64,000 nt of DNA from a virus: positions 9,295 to 73,294 of the IMG/VR virus record IMGVR_UViG_3300021090_000013, one strand, 5' to 3'. Both the position numbers and the translations under genes were made by a program. The notes beneath the pieces are model-generated. The model did not search any database. It saw only the letters and a program-made list of their open reading frames with translations, and was not told the DNA's origin. Position 1 is the first letter of the stretch; each line of letters starts with the position of its first letter. Shown here one piece after another: positions 39,044 through 47,063 of this stretch.

Positions 39044-39086
39044 CCACGGCAAGCCCACCAAAAACCGACCGTAACCTGTAGCTGCG

Positions 39087-39335
39087 ATGGCGTTGAGCCT
39101 GGAGCAGTTGCAGGCAGACCGAGACGCGATCAGTCGGACGATCGCCCGGGGCGAGCTGTCGGTCACCTTCTCCGACAGAACCACGATGTACAGGTCCGTT
39201 TCGGATTTGAAGCTGGCGCGGGACATCATCGACGGAGACATCGCCCGCCTTGCCGGTCGCCCAAGGCAGACCGTCATCACCGGCCGCAAGGGCTTCACCC
39301 CGTTCGGCGGCGGAGCCGGGATCGGGAGCTTCTGA
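39087..39335 (+). CDS. head-tail joining protein (gpW-like)
   Basis: IARGELSVTFSDRTTMYRSVSDL; directly before the portal gene. Confidence 0.8.
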   Translation: MALSLEQLQADRDAISRTIARGELSVTFSDRTTMYRSVSDLKLARDIIDGDIARLAGRPRQTVITGRKGFTPFGGGAGIGSF

Positions 39336-40909
39336 TGGGCGGCCAGCAGCTAGCGCTTCCGCTCGGCTCCCCGCGGGCAGCCCTCGCGCCGAAGATCCGA
39401 AACTCCACCAACGCCGCCGTCTACGAGGCCGGGAGCTTCAACGCGCGCACGATGGGCTGGCGCGCGCCCACGGTCAGCCCGAACAGCGCGATCCTCTACA
39501 GCCTCGCGGCGCTGCGCGATCGTTCGCGACAGGCCGTCCGAAACAACGGCTTCGCCAAGGGGATCATCGACAAGCTCGTCACCAACATCGTTGGGACCGG
39601 CATCAAGCCCCTTTCGAAGGCCGCGGACGCCGATTTCCGGAAGGCCGTCCAGGCGCTCTGGCTACAGTGGACCGACTTCTCTGATGCGGACGGAGTCCTC
39701 GACTGGTACGGCCAGCAGGCGCAGGCGGTCCGGTGCTGGCTGGAGGCCGGCGAGGTCTTCGTTCGGTTGCGGCAGCGACTCCCCGAGGATGGCCTGCCCG
39801 TCCCACTGCAGGTCCAGGTCCTCGAGCCAGAGATGTGCCCCTACACCTACAACGGCACGAGGGGCGCCAACAAGATTCGCGCGGGGATCGAGTTCGACCC
39901 GGTCGGGCGCCGCGCGGCCTACTACTTCTACGCCTCGCAGCCGGGCGCCCTGCTCGACTGGAATGTCACCGACCTCCGTCGGATTCCGGCCGAGTCTGTC
40001 ATCCACTTGTTCGACCCCTTGCGCGCCGGCCAGATCCGTGGGCTTCCCCACCTCACCCAGGCCCTGATCAAGCTCTACGAGCTGGACAAGTTCGACGACG
40101 CGGCGTTGCTGCGTCAGCAGATCGCCAATCTCTTCGCAGGATTTGTGAAGCGGCCCGCCGATGGAGGCTCCGATGTCCATCCGCTCACCGGCCTGGCCGC
40201 CGACGCCACCACAGCCGAAGGCCGTCCCGTGCTGAGCCTCGAGCCGGGGATCTTCCAGGAACTTTCGCCGGGCGAGGAGGTGGAGTTCTCGGACCCTCCC
40301 GATCCGCCCTCGACCTACCCGAGCTTCATGCGGCAGCAGCTCATGAGCATCTCGGCCGCGACGGGCGTCCCCTACGAGGTCCTGACCGGCGACATGGCGG
40401 GGCTGAACGACCGGGTGATGAGGGTCGTCCTGCACGAGTTCCGCCGGATGATCATCTCCCGGCAGCACCACATCGTGGCCTTCCAGCTTTGCCGGACCGT
40501 CTGGGGCGCCTGGCTGGACCGCGTGGTCCTCAGCGGAGCGCTGCCGATTCCGGCCGCCGCCTACGCTGTGGACCCGCGGCCATGGTCCGCCGTCAAGTGG
40601 ATGCCGCAGGGGTGGCCCTACATCCACCCGGTGCAGGACGTGACCGCGACCAAGGATGCGATTCGAGCCGGGTTCACGTCGCGCTCGGCCGCCGTCTCCG
40701 AGCAGGGCGAGGACTCCGAGGTCATCGACGCCGAGCAGGCCGCGGACAACGAGCGTGCCGACGAGCTTGGACTGATCTACGAATCAGATGGTCGGCAAGC
40801 GGCCAAGGCGCCGGCGAGCGGTCCTCCAGTGCCCATGGCCGAGCCAGACGATCCGGCCACGAACCCCGACGATCCGCCGGCGGACCCCGCCGCTGCAGCA
40901 GGAGCATAA
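39335..40909 (+). CDS. portal protein, lambda family
   Basis: LRDRSRQAVRNN, NIVGTGI, GEVF, GIEFD, GQIRGLP, GVPYEVLTGD, YIHPVQD. Confidence 0.95.
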   Translation: MGGQQLALPLGSPRAALAPKIRNSTNAAVYEAGSFNARTMGWRAPTVSPNSAILYSLAALRDRSRQAVRNNGFAKGIIDKLVTNIVGTGIKPLSKAADADFRKAVQALWLQWTDFSDADGVLDWYGQQAQAVRCWLEAGEVFVRLRQRLPEDGLPVPLQVQVLEPEMCPYTYNGTRGANKIRAGIEFDPVGRRAAYYFYASQPGALLDWNVTDLRRIPAESVIHLFDPLRAGQIRGLPHLTQALIKLYELDKFDDAALLRQQIANLFAGFVKRPADGGSDVHPLTGLAADATTAEGRPVLSLEPGIFQELSPGEEVEFSDPPDPPSTYPSFMRQQLMSISAATGVPYEVLTGDMAGLNDRVMRVVLHEFRRMIISRQHHIVAFQLCRTVWGAWLDRVVLSGALPIPAAAYAVDPRPWSAVKWMPQGWPYIHPVQDVTATKDAIRAGFTSRSAAVSEQGEDSEVIDAEQAADNERADELGLIYESDGRQAAKAPASGPPVPMAEPDDPATNPDDPPADPAAAAGA

Positions 40910-40913
40910 CGAC

Positions 40914-42254
40914 ATGCGCGAATGGTTCAAGGTGAAGCTCCAAGCGGATCCGGCGGTCGCCGAGATCCACATCATCGACTACATCGGTGGCTGGATCGAC
41001 CAGACGCTGAACGAGATGTTCGGCGAGACCGTGACGGTCACGGCCAAGGCATTCGTACAGGCGCTCGCCGAGATCCCCGAAGCGGTCAAGACGCTGCGGG
41101 TGCATGTGAACTCGCCCGGTGGCGACCTCTTCGGAGCGGTCAACATCGCGAACGCCTTGCGGGCCTGGGCCACGAAGGGCCGCAAGGTCGAGACGATCGT
41201 GGATGGGATGGCCGCGAGCGCCGCCTCCCTGGTGGTGATGGCTGGCGACCCCGTGCGGATCTCCGACAACGGCCTCCTGATGATCCACAACCCTTGGACG
41301 GTGGCCATGGGCAACGCCGCCGAGATGCGCCAGGCGGCCGACGAACTGGACAAGTTCCGCTCCGGCAACATCATCCCGACCTACCAGTGGCACACGGAAC
41401 TCAGCGCCGAAGAGATCGCGGCGTTGATGGACGCGACCACGTGGATGGACGCCAAAGAGGCGGTCGCGATGGGGTTCGCGGATGAGGTGGTCCAGGGGCT
41501 GCGGGCCGCGGCGAGCATCGACCCGCGGACCCTGGCCAAGCTCACGATCCCAGAAAAGTACGCCGACCGCGTGAAGGCCTTGCTCGCCCCGAAGGCCGAA
41601 CCCACAGCAGCGGAGGCGAAAGGAGAGCCCATGAAGGTAGCGGCCGCGATGTGTTGCACGTGTTGCGAAGGTGGCCAGTGTTGCTCTTGCTGCCGCGGTG
41701 GCGGCGGCACGGGGTGCGCCTGCGAGGACACCGGCGCCGACTGCGCTTGCTGCAAGTCTGGCGAGTGCTGCGCCTGCTGCAAGGGTGACCAGTGCTGCCC
41801 CGACTGCATGTCCTCCGCGATGGCCGCGGCCTCCGCCCGGGCCGCCATCATTCCGGCCGCCGATGCCGAGATCGTGAAGGCCTGCGGAGAGGCGGGGCTT
41901 GATCTCGCCTTCGCCCAGGTCCTCATCGGCGAGCACGTCGCGTCCGACGCGCTGCCCGAGCGGATCGCCTCGGAGAAGCAGGCGCGGGCAACCGCCAAGG
42001 CGCGCGAGACCGAGATCCGCGCCCTCTGCGCGAAGGCGAAGCAGCCCGACCTGGCCGACGGCTACGTCGCCGGCGGCATGAAGATCGAGCAGGTGCGCCA
42101 GCAGCTCACCCTCATCACGGCCAAGCTCGACAAGGTCGAGATCGATGGCGGGCTCGAACCGGACCACGGCTCCCGCCGCAACCAGATCATCGACATCGCG
42201 GCGGTCTACGCCGAACGTAACAGGCTGGGCGATCCGGCCAAACGGAAGGAGTAA
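40914..42254 (+). CDS. ClpP-type prohead protease fused to scaffold, with Cys-rich insert
   Basis: VNSPGGD, GMAASAAS, MIHNPW, TWMDAKEAVAMGFAD; Cys tract at 41652-41807. Confidence 0.9.
   Translation: MREWFKVKLQADPAVAEIHIIDYIGGWIDQTLNEMFGETVTVTAKAFVQALAEIPEAVKTLRVHVNSPGGDLFGAVNIANALRAWATKGRKVETIVDGMAASAASLVVMAGDPVRISDNGLLMIHNPWTVAMGNAAEMRQAADELDKFRSGNIIPTYQWHTELSAEEIAALMDATTWMDAKEAVAMGFADEVVQGLRAAASIDPRTLAKLTIPEKYADRVKALLAPKAEPTAAEAKGEPMKVAAAMCCTCCEGGQCCSCCRGGGGTGCACEDTGADCACCKSGECCACCKGDQCCPDCMSSAMAAASARAAIIPAADAEIVKACGEAGLDLAFAQVLIGEHVASDALPERIASEKQARATAKARETEIRALCAKAKQPDLADGYVAGGMKIEQVRQQLTLITAKLDKVEIDGGLEPDHGSRRNQIIDIAAVYAERNRLGDPAKRKE
41631..42254 (+). CDS. probable nested in-frame scaffold protein beginning with a metallothionein-like domain
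   Basis: In-frame ATG with AAAGGAG RBS inside the protease gene, analogous to lambda Nu3 within C. Confidence 0.5.
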   Translation: MKVAAAMCCTCCEGGQCCSCCRGGGGTGCACEDTGADCACCKSGECCACCKGDQCCPDCMSSAMAAASARAAIIPAADAEIVKACGEAGLDLAFAQVLIGEHVASDALPERIASEKQARATAKARETEIRALCAKAKQPDLADGYVAGGMKIEQVRQQLTLITAKLDKVEIDGGLEPDHGSRRNQIIDIAAVYAERNRLGDPAKRKE

Positions 42255-42259
42255 GGCAC

Positions 42260-42646
42260 ATGACGGCATTGAACGAAGGGCAGTACACCGGCGAGTTCCT
42301 CATCGAGGAGCCCGCCCCGAGGATCAGCCGGGAGACCGTCACCGTGACGGTCGATACGGCCACCAAGCTGGAGCCGGGCCACGTCATGGCCCAGCTCTCG
42401 GCGGACAGCAAGTTCGTCGAGTACGACAACTCCGGCACCGACGGCTCCGAGGAGGCAGCGGGGATCCTCTACAACGAGTGCGACAACTCGGCCGGCGAGG
42501 CCCCGGCAGACTTTACAGCGGTCGTCGTGGTCCGTCTCGCGGCCGTCCGCAAGGCCGACCTGCAGTGGAACAGCGGGGTCGACGCGAGCGGCAAGACGGC
42601 GGCGTACGCCGATCTCAAGGCCCTGATGATCTTGGCGCTCGACTAA
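42260..42646 (+). CDS. head decoration protein (gpD-like)
   Basis: ISRETVTV, DGSEEAAGILY; between protease and capsid genes. Confidence 0.85.
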   Translation: MTALNEGQYTGEFLIEEPAPRISRETVTVTVDTATKLEPGHVMAQLSADSKFVEYDNSGTDGSEEAAGILYNECDNSAGEAPADFTAVVVVRLAAVRKADLQWNSGVDASGKTAAYADLKALMILALD

Positions 42647-42682
42647 GGGCGCCGCCCCCAAAAGGAGAAGGAGAACAAGCCA

Positions 42683-43681
42683 ATGCCGAACTTGGACGTC
42701 TTCCGGAGCGACGCTTTCAGCCTCGTCTCCCTCACCGCCGCCGTCCTGAAGGCGCCCTACAAGCCCGGCCGGATCGGGGCCTCGGGCCTCTTCCGCGAGC
42801 GCGGAATCGCGACCACGACCGTCGTCGTGGAGGAGAAGGACGGACGGCTCTCCCTGATTCAGACCTCTCCGCGCGGCGGTCCGCCCACCACGATCGGTCA
42901 ACAGAAGCGGACCGCGCGGCCCTTCATCGTGCCCCATCTCGAGCGCATGTCCACGGTGCTCGCCGACGAAGTCCAGAACGTGCGGGCCTTCGGTTCGGAG
43001 AACGCCGAGCAGGCGGTGCAGGAAATCGTGAACGAGAGGCTCGCCGATCTGCGGTCGATGCACGAGGTGACGCTCGAACACATGAGGATCGGAGCCATCA
43101 AGGGCGTGGTCATCGACGCGGACGGTTCGACGCTCTTCGATCTGTTCAGCGAGTTCGGGGTCGAGCAGCAGACGGCCACGCTCGACGTCGGCGACACCGC
43201 GGACATCAGGAATCAGGCGGTCGCGATCCAGCGCCAGATCGAGTATGCGCTCGGCGCCGAGCCGCTCTCGAGCTTCCGCGCCTACTGCGGAGACGACTTT
43301 TTCGACGCACTGGTTGGCGCCACCAGCGTCAAGGCCGCCCTCCAGTACCAGGAGTCCGCGCTGTTGCGTGGGAACCTGCGCCAGGGGTTCGAATTCGGCG
43401 GCATCACCTGGGAAAACTACCGCGGCCGGATGCTCTCCACCTCGACTCCGTTCTTCCCCGACGACGAGGCGTACGTCGTGCCCGAAGGGACGAGCCTCTT
43501 CAACACCTACTTCGCCCCGGCCGACTTCGTCGAGACGGTCAACACGCTCGGCCTGCCCATCTACGCGAAGCAGGCGCCGGACCCGGAATTCAACCGCTGG
43601 GTCAAGATCCTGACCCAGAGCAACCCGCTGGCGCTGTGCCTGCGGCCGCGTGCGGTCGTCAAGGTCACCCTCGGGACGTAG
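42683..43681 (+). CDS. major capsid protein (lambda gpE family)
   Basis: FSLVSLTAAV, TLEHMRIGAIKG, FGGITWENY, FAPADFVETVNTLG, TQSNPL. Confidence 0.95.
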   Translation: MPNLDVFRSDAFSLVSLTAAVLKAPYKPGRIGASGLFRERGIATTTVVVEEKDGRLSLIQTSPRGGPPTTIGQQKRTARPFIVPHLERMSTVLADEVQNVRAFGSENAEQAVQEIVNERLADLRSMHEVTLEHMRIGAIKGVVIDADGSTLFDLFSEFGVEQQTATLDVGDTADIRNQAVAIQRQIEYALGAEPLSSFRAYCGDDFFDALVGATSVKAALQYQESALLRGNLRQGFEFGGITWENYRGRMLSTSTPFFPDDEAYVVPEGTSLFNTYFAPADFVETVNTLGLPIYAKQAPDPEFNRWVKILTQSNPLALCLRPRAVVKVTLGT

Positions 43682-43688
43682 GCCCACC

Positions 43689-44015
43689 GTGGGCGACCTG
43701 AGGCCGGAGTTCGAAGCCGCGTCGGCTCCATTCGGGGTCGACGCGGTGGTGACTCCGCCCGGCGGATCCCCGGTGGAGACGAGAGTCATCTGGCTACCGC
43801 CGATCACCGTGGAGCACCCGACCGGCACGGAGCTGCGCCGTGCAGAGCCCAAACGCGTTCTTGCGCTTCCCCTCGACGGCCTCGGCGAGGTGCCGCGCGG
43901 GACGATCGTGACGGCCCCGGAGTATGAAGGGGCCGAAGCGAGCGACTGGAAGATCGACGAAGCCGAGCGCGTCGACTTCGACCACTACCGGGCCACAGTC
44001 TTGCCGGCGGGGTAG
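43689..44015 (+). CDS. head-tail joining protein
   Basis: Position after the capsid gene; size. Confidence 0.55.
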   Translation: MGDLRPEFEAASAPFGVDAVVTPPGGSPVETRVIWLPPITVEHPTGTELRRAEPKRVLALPLDGLGEVPRGTIVTAPEYEGAEASDWKIDEAERVDFDHYRATVLPAG

Positions 44016-44018
44016 GAC

Positions 44019-44468
44019 ATGCCCAGTACACGCGAAGCGGCGATCAGCGAGCTGAGGGACCGGCTTGAGGCCATCGCCCAAGCCAACGGCTTCGGCACCG
44101 ACGCCGGGGCGCTGATCTTCCTCGGCGAGTCCCCGACCCTGGGGCCCGACGATCCGACCGCGGCGATCGCCATCGACGTCCAGGAGGACATCCCCAGCTT
44201 TCAGGGCGAGCACGTAGTAGTCACCGTCCCCGTCGACGTGCAGGCCCTGGTGAAGGCCGACGCTGACGACCCCTGGATGACGGTCGAGGCCATCGTCACG
44301 GACATCAAGACCGCCGTCGAGACCGATCGCGACCTGGGCGGCACCTTGATCGCTCGCGGCCTCATGCGGGGGACCGTGCGCCCGCTCGATCGCGAGCCCG
44401 GCAGCCAGTACGTGGGGGCCGCGGTGCAGTACCGGCTCCTCATGAAAGAGAGCTGGGGGAGCCCGTAA
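44019..44468 (+). CDS. tail terminator-like protein
   Basis: ANGFGTDAG, DRDLGGT; position in the neck region. Confidence 0.55.
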   Translation: MPSTREAAISELRDRLEAIAQANGFGTDAGALIFLGESPTLGPDDPTAAIAIDVQEDIPSFQGEHVVVTVPVDVQALVKADADDPWMTVEAIVTDIKTAVETDRDLGGTLIARGLMRGTVRPLDREPGSQYVGAAVQYRLLMKESWGSP

Positions 44469-45005
44469 ATGGTCACCATCCGCCTCGACAACGCAGACAT
44501 CAAGGCTGGGCTCGCGTCCATGCGCGCGAAGTTTCCCCAGGCTGTCCGGCGTGCGCTCAAGCGCGCCGGCACCAGCGGCCGGGCCGAAATGGCGAGAGTG
44601 ATCGCCGCGGACACCGGGCTCCCATCCACTCGCGTGAAGAGGGAGATCACCGTCAGGAGCGACGACGTCTCGATGGCGCTGACGACGGCGGGCTTCCGGA
44701 TTCCGCTACTCGACTTCCAAGCGCGGGGGCCGGAGCCGTCCCGTGGGCGCGGCCGGGGCGTGTCGTATCGGGCCAAGTCCGGCCGCGTCCAGCTCCCGCA
44801 CGCGTTCATCGCGACGATGGCCAGCGGCCACCGGGGAGTGTTCCAGCGGTCGGAGCTTTCGCTCTCCCACTCGTCCATCAGAGAACTGAAGGGGCCATCC
44901 ATCGCGCACGTCTTCGAGGTCCTCGCCCCGCAAGGAATCGCAGCCGCCAGCGAGTCGTTCATGAAGAACGTCAAGAGCGAAATCAAATTCGCCATGACCA
45001 GGTAA
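44469..45005 (+). CDS. minor tail protein (gpZ-like)
   Basis: AFIATMASGHRGVFQR...ELKGPSI. Confidence 0.7.
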   Translation: MVTIRLDNADIKAGLASMRAKFPQAVRRALKRAGTSGRAEMARVIAADTGLPSTRVKREITVRSDDVSMALTTAGFRIPLLDFQARGPEPSRGRGRGVSYRAKSGRVQLPHAFIATMASGHRGVFQRSELSLSHSSIRELKGPSIAHVFEVLAPQGIAAASESFMKNVKSEIKFAMTR

Positions 45006-45016
45006 GGAGGAAGCCC

Positions 45017-45625
45017 GTGCCTCAACCTTTCGAGATCGTTGCTCAGCCCTTCACTTTGTGGGTGGGCGACGTCGGCGACGTCTTCCCCACGATCGACGAG
45101 GATCCCGGCGCGGGGTGGACCAAGATCGGAACCTCCGGCGACCTCAACTACACCGAGGATGGCGTGACGATCACGCACAACCAGACGGTGGAGAAGTTCC
45201 GCGCCCTCGGCAGCACCGGTCCGCGCAAGGCGTTCCGCACGGAAGAGGAGCTGCACATCACCCTCTCTGTCGCTGACGTCTCGCTCGAGCAGTACGCCCA
45301 GGCCCTGAACGACAACACCGTCACCACCGAGCCGCCAGACACCGGGACGGCGGGTTCCAAGAAGCTCGGCCTCTCCCGCGGCCTGAGCGTGGCGCAGCAT
45401 GCGCTCCTCATCCGCGGCGCCGCTGCGTCTCCCTACGGCGAGGGGTGGGTCGCGCAGTACGAGGTCCCGGTCGTCGTCCAGGTCGGTGAGCCAGAGGTCG
45501 TCTACGTCAAGGGCGAGCCCGCCGCGCTGGCGCTGGAGTTCGAGGCGCTCGAGGACCCGGACGCCGTGAGCGATGACGAGCGCTTCGGCCGCCTGATCGT
45601 GCAGAACACCGAGCCCGGGACGTAG
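45017..45625 (+). CDS. major tail tube protein (unit 2)
   Basis: TAAGGAGG RBS; WTKIGT...YTEDGVTITH; precedes chaperone and tape measure genes. Confidence 0.75.
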   Translation: MPQPFEIVAQPFTLWVGDVGDVFPTIDEDPGAGWTKIGTSGDLNYTEDGVTITHNQTVEKFRALGSTGPRKAFRTEEELHITLSVADVSLEQYAQALNDNTVTTEPPDTGTAGSKKLGLSRGLSVAQHALLIRGAAASPYGEGWVAQYEVPVVVQVGEPEVVYVKGEPAALALEFEALEDPDAVSDDERFGRLIVQNTEPGT

Positions 45626-45798
45626 GTGGGGGGCTTGCCCGGCGATCAGGTGGACGCGTTGCGTCGCGAGATCGCGTCGCACAAGTCCGCGATCCGCTGG
45701 CACCGGTCGGCCCTCCAACGTGCCGCCGAAGCGCTGGCCAGGCTCCAGCTCAGCGGCACCGGCATCAAACCAGTCTTCAAAGGCGAAGGGAAAACCCC

Positions 45799-46454
45799 AT
45801 GGCCAATCTCCTCAACCTCGACACCCTGACCGAACGGAACACCGTCACGGTCGACGGCGTGCCATACGACCTCATCAATCCAGGCCAACTCTCGATCCTG
45901 GACCAACACCGCGTTTTGAAGTGGGGAGCACGCGTCCAGGAGCTCCACGCAACCGTGGAGAACCTCTCCGATGCGGCGATCACGGAGATGGGGGAACTCC
46001 TGGACCGCTTCTGCCGGCTCGTGCTGCCGGCGCCTCCAGAGGTCCACGACAGGGTCTCCGACAACCAACGGCTGAAGCTGATGTCGGTTTTTACCGAACT
46101 CCTGCGGGGGGAGACTCCGGCGCCCGCGGGGGCAAGCGCCGCGCCGGTCGCCGACGAGACGTCGACTGGGGAGAGCAAATAGCGCGCCTGGTGCGCTTCT
46201 ACGGGGGAAATCCGATGACCTGGCTGGCCGAGACACCGACGTGCGTGGTCAACGCGCACCTTGCGATGCTCGGCCGGCTCACGGCCGAGGACCGACTTGC
46301 CGCCGCCATGGCCTCCGGCGCGGGAAGGTTCATGAAGCCGGCGCCCATCCGCAGCCAGATCGCAGCATGGAACAGGGCCGCGCAACGCGGCGACGGCAGC
46401 AAGGGCGGCTCTGGCGTCCCCCGGGGCACGGGCATCAAGGTCGTGAAGCGGTGA
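45799..46454 (+). CDS. tail assembly chaperone (45799-46182) with probable -1 frameshift extension to 46454
   Basis: The open -1 frame encodes DWGEQIARLVRFYGG...; candidate slip sites GGTTTTT 46086-46092 or GGGGGAG 46107-46113. Confidence 0.6.
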
Positions 46455-47062
46455 AGGTCTGCAAGAAACGCGGCCATCAATATTCCGCAGAGCGCAGGCA
46501 GTGTCCTGTTTGCCGGCTACTTTCTCGGCGCACCTCAGAAGCCGGTAGGCGCGAGCAGATCCGCGTCCAGAAACGGACATGGGATGCCAATCGTGAGAAA
46601 AGGAAAGCCTCTGCTCGCAGGAATTACCTCTCCCATCGCGAGGCTTGGGCGGAAAGGACTCGCAACCGGAGATCGGCCAACCTGGAAGCTTATCTGGCAA
46701 ATTGCCGCTCCTATCAACAAGCCCATCGAGAACGCCACAACGAGCACGTGGCCAAATACCAGAAGGCCCATCCTGAAAAGCACGCCGAGCGCGAGGCGCG
46801 ACGGCGCGCCCGAAAGCGCGCCTCGTTGATCGAACCATTCTCGTGGGTCGAGTGGTGCGCAGTGGTTGACTTCTACGGTGGGCTTTGTGCCTACTGCGCC
46901 CAACGTCCGTGGGAGCACAAAGAGCACGTCGTGCCGCTAGCTCGTGGCGGTGCGCATGCCCTCTGGAACCTCGTCCCATCATGCAAGCGTTGCAACTACC
47001 GAAAACACACTAAGACCTGGGCGCCGCTCAAGCGCCATCCAGCGATGGCGGAGGCTGCGTAA
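46451..47062 (+). CDS. HNH endonuclease
   Basis: CAYC...EHVVPLARGGAH...NLVPSCKRCN. Confidence 0.85.
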   Translation: MKVCKKRGHQYSAERRQCPVCRLLSRRTSEAGRREQIRVQKRTWDANREKRKASARRNYLSHREAWAERTRNRRSANLEAYLANCRSYQQAHRERHNEHVAKYQKAHPEKHAEREARRRARKRASLIEPFSWVEWCAVVDFYGGLCAYCAQRPWEHKEHVVPLARGGAHALWNLVPSCKRCNYRKHTKTWAPLKRHPAMAEAA

Positions 47063-47063
47063 G

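Noticed and set aside
46451-47062. Group I intron or intein around the HNH/GIY-YIG genes
   Set aside because: The endonucleases are free-standing ORFs between intact genes; no split host gene or intein terminal motifs seen.
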